Assembly (NCBI RefSeq): GCF_001949145.1
Contig: NW_019091355.1
Span: 3,950,646 to 4,014,645 of the forward strand
Length of the DNA: 64,000 bases
Direction of reading: 5' to 3'
Source: Acanthaster planci
Lineage: Eukaryota
Shown here: positions 27,501 through 38,368 of the stretch, one piece after another
Numbering within the stretch: the stretch's first letter is position 1
How the letters are laid out: every line of letters begins with the position of its first letter
Position numbers and translations under genes: made by a program
The notes under the pieces: model-generated
Told to the model about the DNA's origin: nothing
What the model saw: only the letters and a program-made list of their open reading frames with translations
The model's database searches: none

Positions 27501-30500
27501 TTACGCCACGAGGATAAAAATGAAACGACACGAATGGCTCACCCACCGTTTCTCACCAATCGGAGAAAACAGAAAACCGCTAGTTGGTTTTACAATTCAC
27601 TTTCATGGCTGTGTTCGAGTTTCATTCAGTGCAACCCAACCAGGCCGTAAAGCAGCTGCCCTTGGGTTGTTCTCTTAATGTCAACTCACTGTACAAACGA
27701 ACGCCCAGAACTGGTGTGATCTTCTCTTTTCCAATGAGGAGTTATTTCCTGTACTGAAGTTTTTCTTTTGTCTCCGAAGCAGCACGCATTAATGGATGTT
27801 TGTCATTAATGGAATGTTTGTCGGGGAGTCCATGCCACGCACTTTCTGTGGACAACACAATGAATAAAAGTGTAATCGGTTACGAAGGACTGTCCGTCAA
27901 CGATAGCCAGCTATGGGAACAGTTCGGAGCTTATACCAAGCGGAACAGCGATACAGACAAACTCATTGGTAAAATCGTTATGCCGGCTGGAATCGTGTTG
28001 AATTTGTTGTTCATCGCTGCTGCCGTCCGGGCGAGATCTATGCACACGATCATCAACATCTACTTGGGCAACTTGGCAGTGGCCGACACTCTTTTCCTTG
28101 CATTGGGAATATTCCCATCGTGGATCGACACGGAGAACGTCAGGCCATTCGCTGTGAATGTGATCAAATCTCTTTTCTCCGGTGCAACCATCGCTTCGTT
28201 TTGTTTTGTGACCGCCATAGCGGTTGAGAGATTGTCCGCCGTACGTCGACCATTGAGTCACAGAGCAACGGCCAGCAAGGCACGAGCTGCCAAGGTGTCG
28301 GGAACACTTTGGTTACTGGCTGTTTGTGTCAGTGTGATTTCGATCTCGACGTTCGGATTGGACCAAAACCCAATATTCGTGCTCCAAGCCTATGGAATCT
28401 TTTTCTTAATCTTCTACCTGGTCACTTTTACCGTCACCTTTTTTTCCTACTCAGCTATAATTGTCATACTTCGTCGTCAAACGGCCAGCCGGACACAAAG
28501 CGATACTCATCGAGTAGGAAAGGTCGTCCGGTCGCTAATTATAAACAACGCCATCTTTTTCATACTAAATTCTATGGAAATCACATACGTCATCATGGTG
28601 CTTGCTATTTTAAATCTGCGAGTGCCTACAGTTGAGCTTATCATGTACAGCAAGCGCCTGCACGATTTGGGCCTGTGTGTCGCCATCTTGTTACAGATCC
28701 ACAGCGCTGTAAACACGCTGGTTTACAGCGCCACCAACGGCGACTATCGGTCAGCAGTGGTACAGACATTCTTGGAGCCCGTCCGGTGGTTGGCTCGAGT
28801 TCGGCATCGGCGCGAGGACCGGCATCACAACGGGAACGACCGACCAGATCAAGGCCGGGAGCAGATCGAACTCGCAGTCCCTGAAAGTCCTGCCAGGACT
28901 TCGATCAACTCGTCCCCGCTGCCTTTACAAAGATTGGACTAACCCCCTCTCGCAAAAAGTTTTGAAGGATGTACGTCACAGCTACGGACGCGCAAAGCAT
29001 TGTGGGTTGCGTGGTGCCTAATACATGTACTTCAGCACACATGGCCCGTGTTTTTGTTTTAAAACGACTTCTAACCAGTGAGGACTTGAAGAAGTTCACC
29101 TTGTATGCTGAAGAGATCAGCACACCCAACAAGGGCGTGGGGGAGGGGCAAAAGACTACACCATCTAAGGATCGCACCGAGAGTCCCAAGTCAGCCAATG
29201 GCTTGTAACCATTGCTCCATTTTGAGCTTTGGTATCAGGCGTGGCTGTCGAAACTTTTAAGAGGTGAATCATTGGCAAAGATGTCGCGAAATAACTTCGT
29301 GGCTAGCACTTTTGCGACACCAGATGACGTATGGGCAGCAGTTATTGTTCAGTTATTGTACGTGTATTGCTCTTATGGCAGCTGCTAACTTCCAGCTGTT
29401 TCGATACTATCGGCCCATTTATTTGTAACTTCAAGAAACTGTCGATGGCTCGCTGGGAAAGTCATTAAATATACTCCAGATGGTAGGGTGTTTCTATATC
29501 GCAGGCCGAAGGGGACAAACTTCAAACTGTGTCTTTCATTAGTGAAGGAGGCTGTCCGTGCAAAGTAGAATTTTGAAGGATAAAATGTTAAATTGCACAA
29601 ATTTAACAACCCGCGCGTTACAGGGAAGTTTTTGAAAATCGATAGAAGGCGAACGTGACCATCCGTTTAATCTGAGAGTAAAACAATCTTCAGGGCATTT
29701 TTTTTGTACAAAAGGTCAGGAAAAGCTACTCGGAAGACTGTCCATAGATGACAAACTCAATTTTTTAAACTTTTGTGTGGTTCTTTGGCGAAGCCAGTTC
29801 ATTTCAGCATTAGGGAAAGGGATTTCGTAGCACTGCTGAAGAAAATAGTGTGCATAAATGCATTCACAAAAAAGTCATCTTGCAAATAAAATTCAACACT
29901 TAAGAAAGAAAACCATTTAAGAACATTTGAGAAATTCAACGTCGTGAAAACAAATCGTGAAGATTTCATAATACCGGCATTATTAAGACTAAGAGTCTTA
30001 AACTCTTTAAGTATTTCTACGAGCAAAAAATACTGCGTGGAAAGTTAAGCGATGGGTCAAAGGATACCATCTTGAGCAGAAGCACCCCTTCATCGGTTGA
30101 AAAGAGCCATGTTTGACGGAAGTGCTTATTTTGTTGGTAGCGACGCGATCGTAATGCGTACATTTCATAGTCGCTCGTGATCCAGCGTGGTGCAGTTCCG
30201 AACAAAGGAGCCAGCGTTGCTAGGAACATTGCGCCCTCCCTTGGCCCAGCTTGGGGCTCATAAAGAGTATTTTTCTCGTCGTTATATGCATTCAAATTAC
30301 CGCGATTCAGTTATAACAAAATCACTGAGCCATGACTCGGTTATAGTTTGCAGACCTTGAATTCCAACTATCTGCAGGAACTTAATTTGAATATTTCGCC
30401 TCTAAATACAACTCTTTAGAATATTCCGCAAAATCAGTGCAAATTATTTCGAATAATTGTTTTTATTTTTTTGTGGGGGGGGGTTGTTAGACCGAGGACA

Positions 30501-31313
30501 AATGTATGTAGATCATTTCTCACCTATACAAAGAACCATTAAAATTAATAAATTGTCATAAATCTGTATTCTGAATCTTCCTTTGACCCCTTCCAAAGTG
30601 CGATTTCTTCACGCGTGTGATAATTTGGAGAACTACTGACGATGAGAAAGGTTGGTTATCATAACACAAACTTGGCTGCTGCACCGTTGACATAATGCTG
30701 CACGAGCAATGCCACACTTGAGCCATCTTGCCAGTTCCATCTCGGGTTCAGTTAAGCTGCAGGTGGAAGCCAATTTCCATCTGACTCCGTGAGGCATGCT
30801 CGATTTCTCCGCGGAAGAACTGACGTCCTTTACCGACTGTCGCTCGGTAAATTGATTTGTCGCCTTCGTCAAGGGCAGACGTTGTTTGCACGATAAACAA
30901 GCTGGTCACTTTGGGGATAAGGGGTTTCATCATAATGTACATATCCCCACCGGAGGGGATCCTTTTTAATATTCCTGTTAATTTCTATGCAAATTACATG
31001 AATCTTAATGGCATCTTTAATTTTTCATAACTGTGATAGATGGTTGATACATTTGGACGCACAAAGGTTAACAATGGCCATTCGTTATCTTCGAAGGGCT
31101 TAATTATACAACACTAATCTAGTGTCTCCGGTAATCTGTGATTAAACTGCGAAAGATGTGCTGTAGTGTGTAGAAATCAGTCGCTTGATCTATGAATTGT
31201 GTCCTTAAACCCAAAGAGTGCATATTATCGTAAGACGCGCACGCTGTAAAAATTCTTCTCTACTCACCACAATCGGCCAATGGCAGGGAAGTCACCAACA
31301 GTAGCATCCACAT
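1242..31313 (-). CDS. Adhesion GPCR (EGF + pentraxin + HormR + GAIN/GPS + 7TM), 24 coding exons, about 1145 aa
   Basis: Hand-spliced exons in transcript order, all GT-AG with matching phases: 31313-31268, 22173-22054, 20929-20612, 19904-19530, 19002-18946, 18231-18094, 17328-17204, 16222-15965, 14707-14497, 13478-13308, 12791-12725, 12213-12051, 11359-11310, 10383-10260, 9624-9515, 9304-9205, 8118-7956, 7446-7380, 6808-6748, 5747-5662, 5147-5021, 4420-4264, 3590-3328, 1322-1242 (TAA). Total 3438 nt, open throughout. Family motifs: GPS CSCSHLGTFA, TM2 VHRNL, TM3 CKVFAIAIHFFFLSTFAWICNEA, TM7 FNIFQGAFFFVFFCVLNSEV. Confidence 0.9.
2000..2498. repeat. Old degenerate inverted-repeat element in the last adhesion GPCR intron
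   Basis: 2000-2105 resembles the reverse complement of 2415-2498 (CGAGT.CGGGC.GC.TGTTCT and GCTCGAACG.CGG.AAC). Confidence 0.45.
4264..9624 (-). CDS. Adhesion GPCR 7TM domain (8 exons)
   Basis: Seven hydrophobic segments with secretin/adhesion-class motifs: SYIGILVSL, HRNL, CK..AIAIHFFFLSTFAW, GYVFPA, C..GPA, LVTWAF, FNIFQGAFFF. Confidence 0.9.
10260..16222 (-). CDS. Adhesion GPCR GAIN domain and GPS motif (7 exons)
   Basis: Helical segment (ILDERNHPAW, LQAIQDFADL), beta segment (VDIPETLF, VNSVIIT), then NPECV...WEWMGMGCEVTESDGEHAQCSCSHLGTFAI. Confidence 0.85.
14786..15084. mobile_element. Foldback (palindromic) MITE-like element
   Basis: Perfect 29-bp inverted arms at 14853-14881 and 14974-15002, plus outer inverted matches (CAAAGATCG/CGATCTTTG and GGCGCAAGATGG/CCATCTTGCGCC). 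Confidence 0.75.
15180..15658. mobile_element. Non-autonomous hAT-like DNA transposon (MITE)
   Basis: Ends TAGGGTTG / CAGCCCTA. The flanking 8-mers GTTTGGGA and GTTTGAGA match 7/8 (target-site duplication). Subterminal GAATATT motifs and an internal tandem duplication of about 40 bp. Confidence 0.7.
17204..19002 (-). CDS. Adhesion GPCR Cys-rich linker and hormone-receptor (HormR) domain (exons 19002-18946, 18231-18094, 17328-17204)
   Basis: ESCIRDKAEGCDTYCTETIGPQCQQEFAENIEWPRTPVGETSYMPCPG...SRPC...WGEADVTECLS follows the HormR C...W...CP...RxC...W...C pattern. Confidence 0.85.
19120..19238. mobile_element. PIF/Harbinger-type MITE, second copy
   Basis: TIRs GGCTGCGTCC / GGATGCAGCC. Colinear with the reverse complement of 37711-37829 (GCTACGGCTA, ATGGAGTGAAG, CCTAGACCT). 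Confidence 0.65.
19530..20929 (-). CDS. Adhesion GPCR pentraxin/LamG-like domain (exons 20929-20612 and 19904-19530)
   Basis: Motifs AFTVGLWL, WLHVACTWTS, WALFVDG and FKGDVSYFNMWSSAL are typical of pentraxin domains. GC-rich coding composition and canonical splice sites. Confidence 0.9.
20246..20419 (-). mobile_element. Short LINE 3'-end fragment with (AAAC)n tail
   Basis: The minus strand reads GAGGACCGCAATGGAAATAAGC...GCT...CTATCCTC (a stem-loop-like 3' motif), then T-rich sequence and an (AAAC)n microsatellite tail. Confidence 0.5.
22054..22173 (-). CDS. Adhesion GPCR EGF-like exon
   Basis: Translates as GHFSGQCNPNFYKTPKCLNTPGAYYCECGAGFEWNSKQCI, with a CxNTPGxYxCxC EGF signature. Symmetric phase 1-1 exon of 120 nt. 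Confidence 0.85.
23039..25130 (+). mobile_element. Decayed Penelope-like retroelement (reverse transcriptase + GIY-YIG endonuclease)
   Basis: Frameshifted fragments with stops: ADKGNATVV, PKIH..PLRPIVA, FDIVSLFT, GSSMGSPISP, YVDDTF, FTMEQE, YRKPTH, and GIY-YIG GVYKIPCHCGKVYIGETG..RLNEH. Confidence 0.9.
25770..25964 (+). repeat. Dispersed ~195-bp repeat family A, copy 1
   Basis: Colinear with 30068-30262 (+), 36700-36896 (-) and 46495-46691 (+). Shared blocks: TTGAGC.GAAGC, GAAAAGAGCC, TTTGTTGGTAG, CATTTC, CGTGAACCAGC, AAAGGAGCC, CTTGGTCCAG. Confidence 0.8.
27809..28942 (+). CDS. Intronless rhodopsin-class (class A) GPCR, divergent orphan or chemoreceptor-like, nested antisense in an adhesion GPCR intron
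   Basis: 377-aa ORF from ATG 27809 (alternative ATG at 27860) with 7 hydrophobic segments. TM1 GIVLN, TM2 NLAVAD, TM3 AVERL, TM4 Trp, TM7 NTLVY, helix 8 YR. N-terminal NKS and NDS sequons. Confidence 0.9.
   Translation: MECLSGSPCHALSVDNTMNKSVIGYEGLSVNDSQLWEQFGAYTKRNSDTDKLIGKIVMPAGIVLNLLFIAAAVRARSMHTIINIYLGNLAVADTLFLALGIFPSWIDTENVRPFAVNVIKSLFSGATIASFCFVTAIAVERLSAVRRPLSHRATASKARAAKVSGTLWLLAVCVSVISISTFGLDQNPIFVLQAYGIFFLIFYLVTFTVTFFSYSAIIVILRRQTASRTQSDTHRVGKVVRSLIINNAIFFILNSMEITYVIMVLAILNLRVPTVELIMYSKRLHDLGLCVAILLQIHSAVNTLVYSATNGDYRSAVVQTFLEPVRWLARVRHRREDRHHNGNDRPDQGREQIELAVPESPARTSINSSPLPLQRLD
30068..30262 (+). repeat. Dispersed repeat family A, copy 2
   Basis: Same block order as 25770-25964. 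Confidence 0.8.
31268..31313 (-). CDS. Adhesion GPCR first coding exon (signal peptide MWMLLLVTSLPLADC)
   Basis: ATG in a GCCATCGCCATG context and a hydrophobic 15-mer. The G|GTGAGT phase-1 donor joins the EGF exon in frame. Confidence 0.75.
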
Positions 31314-34300
31314 GGCGATGGCTTCAGCTCGTATTTCCCTCTGCCTCTTTCGACCTGTCCGTGTGAATCAACATCCACATGATCAAAATCGATCATTAAA
31401 AATCTTCGCTCCTGCCGAAGCGAACACCTAAGCATATTGGAAAATGTCGTCTCTCGCGTAAGATGTTCTACTGCATGTCTTTTAAATGGAATCATTGAAC
31501 TTGGACATTAACTTATAAATAAAGTAAAAGACTGAAAGAACGAAGGTTTTTTTTTTCATTTGAAATAACTAAAAGCTGTCGCGTGCCTCGTAGAGCAGTT
31601 GTTTCGGTTGATTCATCAAATTAAGCTCGATCGACAAATCTCTTGATTAGGTGTTATGAATGATCAAAATACGCAAGATTAAGCAAAAATATAGTCATAA
31701 TTTTTCACGATATGATTCATAATATAAGTCACTTTTTGTACTTTTTCTCCGTAAAGCTCTCAAATCTCTCAGATCCTGTTTGAATCTTTTTCTTAAAAAT
31801 AGGTTTCCTCATCAAGATTTTACAGCATTGCACAATTGCAGTGGCTGGTTGACATGGAAAGGTGCAAAACCTCGTGAACGTTCACAAGTATTTATGCAAA
31901 AAATCAACTCTAACTAAAATTAGGCATGGGATATCGGCACAATTTACCCCATCGGGATAATTTAGTACTTCGTATCGTCGTACATGTGCTCTTATTCCTC
32001 CACGGTCGTACTCGAAAGAGACGAGGGGCATGGGAATTATACTGAACAGCATTCCACTATACGTGATAACTATATATGGGAAGAGGTCTTGCTTGTGCCC
32101 TCAGATAGACCGCGCTTTACATTTATAGACGCGGATGCCCTTTTGCTAAATTAAATTTGCTGGGCCCCCGAGTCAGATTTTTTTTTCTCTGCTCGACATG
32201 TTTCTCAGCGTCTTGTACCGAGGACAGATTGTTTCCTTTTATTTGATAACGGTGATAACGAGCGGGAAACAGAATCTGACCCGTACTTTTCAACGGCCAG
32301 ACACATTTGTGACGTGGTGTGTAAAACTGGAAATCGGACGAACCCTGGGAAACTGGTCAAACGAAGACCAAACGCGATCGCCTTTCATTTTGTGGTATAT
32401 ACTTGAAAAATTATAAAGTAAGACTGACCAGTCCTGCGGTTTCCTTCGAGCGAGGGTTCTGAAAATTGTTTCTGCAAATTTCGTGCATGGGCCTTGTTTA
32501 TTGGAAAACTGATTTTTTTTTCATTATTTCATGAGGGACATAGAAATGTTTACATAGAAAGTCACTCTGAAGGTCAATGAAAACCCGTGTTACTCCAAAA
32601 TTCTCCTACTGATAAAAATGTACAACAATCAGTGAGCGAAAATTGCCCTCGGAAAAAAATACCAGTCAAGTAAACTACATAATTACAAAAGTTGGTCGTA
32701 ATATCGCTGATATTTTTGGATTAGCGATGCTATTGTGATTGCTGTGTTTTGTACTTCCTGTGGTTACGATAATACTTTTTTTTCATCGACGTTATGGATG
32801 GTACAAACCAACCTTAAATCTTTATAATGACATACTGTCGAAGAACGTGTTCGTCTTATTAATATATGCCCAAATCGGAAGGCAAATATGTGGCTTAAAA
32901 ATATGCATGGTGGTCTCTTTAAAGAAAACGGAATGTCGGAAGAAGTTAGCTCCGAGCTACATTCAGGCGTCTTGCTGCATCGACGGCCAAGGCTGCTTGG
33001 GCAAAATTCAGTTTTTATAATTAATCGGGCAGGTGAAATTCAACCGCCTGGAAATTAACCGCGACGTGCATTCCGTCTCCCGCGGGCAGGTGTTCACTGA
33101 AATCAAACTGTCGATGCGTCTGAGTGGTTGGGTTATTTTTGAAATTTCATTGTAGGCAGAGGCTGTCTTGTTCCGATTTTGCCCTGGAATCTGGTGCTTT
33201 ATGTACATTGTGCGTCGAACATGCGCAATATTTTTTTTCAAAAAATCAGGTCCAGACGCATGCGCGAGCATGCGCTTTATTCCTGACCTTCTTGACCGCG
33301 CTCATCAGGTATAAATAACTACCGTTTCTTCGCTCATAGCACAATAAAAGAAACACGCAGTAGTTTTCTCAGGAGAGAAAATTGCCGGGTTTTAATTTTG
33401 TTTGATAAAATGAATTCGATCATAAGTGAACTCCGTTGCCAGTGAAGAGTCTCGCCGGCATGCGTTGACACTAACACAGTCGCACTGCTCACAAAATAAG
33501 ACCTGCCACGGGTAATCTTGACACGCGCTCGTGGTAGTAAAACAAAAGTGAAACGACTGTACAGTGATCACAACCGCGCCATTACTTTGTTTACAGATTA
33601 TAATGTGGACGAGGAATACATGCAGGAAGTAGCAAACACGAAGAGTGATGACAGTATTGTTTGAGCAGAGTGGTAGGAGAATTTAAGAGCCAGATCGGAA
33701 TACTGATGGAAGTTAAATTGGGATGGCAATAAAAGCAGATCATAAATGCAAAACTGATGTTGTGTACTTAGAAGATCAAAGTTACCAAACTGTTCCCAAA
33801 TTAACTGTTATCGTACTGGTATTTGCGGCATATCCGAATTTAGACATGAAACCTCAACAGGGTAAGAACTCAGAATGTTTTGACTTTTGTGTGATGACTA
33901 TATTCTAGTTCCATGCCCGATATTTCAGAAAACAGCTGTAGTGTGTCAACTCTTGATGTCATTTCTTTCAAAACCGTACGCGAGAATATTTTGGACCTTT
34001 GATAAATGGAAGGGTCATCGCTATTTAGAGCACACAAAAATGACAACTTTGTCTCTCAATCTATGTCCTTTGCCCAAACACCAATAATTCTCTTTCTTAA
34101 TTTAAAAACCTTCTCAAACTACGGTTTATATGCATATGTTAGAAAAATTATACTGAATGGAAATTTTATAGATTGGAATTTGGAACAACAGTGCTAAGAA
34201 TGAAAGTGCTAAAAATCGATGCGACGGTCGACGCTGCATAATGTGCTTTCAATATTCAACTACTAAAAAAAAATACTTCGATGAAATTTGGCGTGAGCAA

Positions 34301-34836
34301 TTGCATATTGAATATACACACCTTAAATGAAGTAGATGCTGCCAAGGAATATATTAGTAACGAATATATTTGCTGAGAAGTGTTCCAGATGACACAATGC
34401 TATGATTGCGTTCGTTTCGTTCCTTCTAATGCGCCGGTACACCACTAAAAATGCTATATGCACGTACGCATGTACACAATGGCTCGAACCAAAAATAGCG
34501 ACACTCGATATTTGCTCGAAATTGATGATTTTCTCAGTGCCTGGATTGGCATTTGTTATTGCCAACTCAACTTTCATGTACTTGAAAATAATACCTGTGG
34601 CACTTAAGGTACACAAGTAAATAAGTAATAGTAATCAAATTTCATTTCATCACAATTAACGAATCGTGGTCTTTATACATTGGGTTGCAAGGAAATCGTG
34701 AGTATCTTGTCGGCACGATTTACGCACGACCGCTGTGAATGACGGCCGTGTTATCTATCACTGTTTACCGTCTCGATAAAGGTACGGTGTCATACACACA
34801 CTAATCGTAAGACAACAAGATACCATCATAACTCAC

Positions 34837-35000
34837 CTGTCAAAATCCAGCGTGGATGTGGAGAGGATTCCCGTCTAGTTAATGGTTCCCAACACAGCCG
34901 TCTACCGACAATGATGATGGCTGGAATAGCCAAGTGATGATCTATAAGTCGTGCTGTGTGTGTGCTCAACCCGCATCACTCAGTGCTCGGCCGTAGTTGC
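34837..35000 (-). other. Putative non-coding 5' UTR exon of the adhesion GPCR (5' end undefined)
   Basis: Strong CAG|GTGAGT donor at 34837/34836. An acceptor at 31354 lies upstream of the ATG. The spliced frame has an upstream TGA and no ATG. Confidence 0.4.
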
Positions 35001-36699
35001 ATCTCTCCATCTACGGCGTATGCTGAGCTGCATTCCTGGCCCAGCCACGCTCTGCATCAGCGCTGTCGATAACAACCCCCCTCCATCTCTTCATGTCATT
35101 AGCTATCCAGAGCTCTTGTACCTGGCTATTTTTAGCTCGACTGAAAGGTCACGTGGTCGCATCTGCTGCCGTCTGCATCATTACGCCGCATCCCCTTTCC
35201 CCCCGCTCAATCCATCCTCCAAACGCGGGATATTGCAACTCTGTGTGATTGGCCCTGCGAGTATCCTGTCGAATCCAATCGATTTCCCGTCCTGCGCGGT
35301 TCGGTTCGGCAAAACACGTCTCATGTTACTGACTGGGTTGTTACTGCATACGGTATAAGAGAAAAAAATGCTTGGTTTGATTTGGTAATGAAAAATAGTT
35401 ACTAATTTCAATTAGTAGTGGGGGAGAGGAATCGTACCTTTTCGAAAGCAAATATTCAGTTAACTGAATTTTTCACTTTTGCTGTTACAAAATCGAGCTG
35501 TCTCTTTAAATTTCATATTCTAATCATTCATAAGTATCACATTCATTTTTCAACCTGCAAGACTAATGTACATGCATCATATTTACACCTGTCACTTTAA
35601 AGGCATCAGGTAAACGGTAACAGATGGACAGGTTTATTGTGTATTCACTGCGCACCGATGCTAGAGATGTTGCAGTGTTTCAGAGCATCAGCATACAAAG
35701 GACATTATGCTAAGGGATGCCAGTTACACGCAGTGTATTCCAACATTGCCCAGGTTGTCATCATTGGCTTGTCATCTCAAGAAACACATGCCAGTGACAG
35801 CTCCCTCTAGTGATAACTTGCAGGAAGAAAAAAATATCGAAAGGGCACATGACTTAATATTACATAAGAACATAGTTTGTGCAACTTGGTACTCTCCTTA
35901 AACGTTAGTAAATTATTTTACTTCAATTTTAGCTAATGCCGTTGAAATTTTCCCTACTTTCCGTGATAGAGGAGGGCGCTGTTGCTGTTACAATTCGTGT
36001 AAAAATCTGCATTAGCATAAAAACTCTTAAGCGTAACGTATTTCCCCGACCATAATATTCCGACTATTCTGACCAAAAAAAAATCTTGAGTTAAAACTAT
36101 ACGTAGCCGCCGTTGTAACACCACGTGACCAGGGAGTATGATGTTGGGTCCGATTTTGTCCAAAAGTTTTCTGTAGTTGTTGACTTTTCGGATAATGTCG
36201 TTAATGTTCGCGAAGGTCTTGAGCGTATGTAGGTCCCCTATCGCCTTTATTTTCTTCACACACGCACAATGCGGAAAAAGTTTTCCGAAAGTGTTTATAT
36301 TCCGACCACCTCTACAATTTTTTTTTCTGGAGGAATATCCTTGGATCCTCTCAGCAGGGCGTGCCAATACGGGCGATTCGCAATAGCGTGTCTCCAAGAG
36401 TTTGCGATGCGTTGGCCAATCACAGTGCGAGAAATCTGTCGACCCTTTCCAAACGAGCACTAGGTGGACAGACTTTGCGCATTGTGATTGCCAACGCGTT
36501 ACAAACTCTTGGAGGCGCGCTTTTGTGAAACTCCCGTATTATGCTTCTCAACGTCCATTTACTCCCCGACCATTTCCTTTCACTTGATCAGCCCCTGGGT
36601 AATGTAACTCCAACAAAGTTAGATTGTACGCTCACCAGGTTAGTGTCGACAGTAGTTATACTTTTTACGGTTTGCGTACGAGACACTTATATTTTTGTG

Positions 36700-36896
36700 T
36701 ATGGACTCCGAGCTGGACCAAGAGAGGGTGCACTTTTCCTAGCAGCAGAGGCTCCTTTGGTAGGAGCTTCGCATCGGTGGTTCAGGGACGACTATGAAAC
36801 GCAAGCGTTGCAGTCGCATCGTTACCAACAAAATAAACACTCCCGACAAACACGGCTCTTTTCAACCTATGAGGGGGTGCGCTTCTGCTCAAGGCG
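36700..36896 (-). repeat. Dispersed repeat family A, copy 3 (inverted)
   Basis: Reverse complement matches the family A blocks. Confidence 0.8.
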
Positions 36897-37710
36897 GATC
36901 GTAAATTGTAAAACATTTTTCTTTTATCTGCAGGGCCCAATTTCATGGGGCTGCTTAAGAGTTAGCAGAAAATTTGTGCTACTATAACATAAATTTTGCT
37001 GATTTTTTGCACTATTTCATGGTGCATACTTACTTAGTTGTGCTTAATAAGGTTGCGCGCGCACATGTGTGCTTTTGCCGTACTTTAAGCTTACGGTCCA
37101 AGTTCACGAAATACACGGAGCGTCTGTCGACGTCGAATCGCGTGCTTCAGGGCCGTGAAAATGGGCGCAGGATTGAATTATCGCTGAACGTCAAATTCTT
37201 TCAGATCCCGGGGAAGCTTTATGTATCCCCCCGTGACCTGTCTAGGGAACAGCTTGCACTGTTTGTATAACAACACTAGTGCGAGAACTTCCCGGATGAC
37301 GTCTGACCTTGACGAACATCACTCAAATGCTGACGCAATTGCTAAGCAAATGCCGTCACGTGCACGCTTTTGAGGGATGCGGGTCTCGGATGGCTGTGCA
37401 CGCCCGACGGGAATTCTTTGGTTAATTGTTCCTGAAGGGCCGGCTCGTGCAAAATATTTTCTTGGATGAAAGTTGGTGCAGGCATCTTTGTGTCCTATTC
37501 ACTGAAGAAATAGGATGGCCATCTCTCGCGATTCACTTATGTTTTTGTACAAATTGTGAGCATAATGTTGGAAATGTTGTACCGTCAAGTGAAATTTATA
37601 TTGAAGTGTATGTATTAAGCATGACCCTCTAAGTTAATTCCGAGCTCTCGGCGAGTCATCTACCTGTGTCATTCTAGCTCCGAGTCTCTCGTGTGCAGGG
37701 GGCGAGCTTA

Positions 37711-37829
37711 CGCTGCATCCGAATCTCTTGTCTAGAGCTAGGTCTAGGTCTTCACTCCATTGAAAGTACGTGGAGACGCGCAGACAATAGACCTAGCCGT
37801 AGCTCTGGAAGCCCGTTTCGGACACGGCC
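37711..37829. mobile_element. PIF/Harbinger-type MITE (about 120 bp)
   Basis: Imperfect TIRs CGCTGCATCCGAA / TTCGGACACGGCC flanked by TTA on both sides. A second copy lies in the opposite orientation at 19120-19238. Confidence 0.7.
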
Positions 37830-38189
37830 TTACATGGTGACGTTGTCTATGTCGCCATGCGCACTTGCACTTCCGATCTCGCCCATAAATGGAGTCTTCT
37901 TTTACCCACTATAGTGATATGGCTTCTCCACACCTGAAGAACGGCGGAAAAAGAATTGCCCTAAAACGTCACCATTTTCTATCAGCAGAGTAGATTTTTC
38001 ATACTCTCTTAATCTTGAAGTATAGAAAATAGAAAGGGAAAAATGAAACGAAAACCTACCGGGATGTTGAGGACGCAGGCGATGTCGGAACCGTTTAGAA
38101 GCTGTATATGTACAGCTCTGTGGGAAATACATAGGTCACAAGACGTAGAGCGCCCTCTGTGATACCGTGCACGATATGGGGCCGATGGG

Positions 38190-38368
38190 TCCCCCCCCAC
38201 GTCCAATCCCTATACACACTGAAGACTATCGTTACCTAACACATGCCCCCAGAAGTCTGTAAAGAATTCCTGAGATTTCAATCAAACAATGACCAACACA
38301 AAGGCGGGGGGGGGGGTTAACTCCGTCCCATATCTTGCATCATATGCCCTCTGTGACCTGCTTGACCT
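38190..38368 (+). repeat. Dispersed repeat family B, copy 2
   Basis: Colinear with 308-486. Confidence 0.75.

Noticed and set aside
30017..30295. Similar short peptides (AGPREGA..LA..APL.G) in ORFs at 30017-30295, 36541-36987 and 46396-46653
   Set aside because: They are translations of dispersed repeat family A, and the frames are not conserved across copies.
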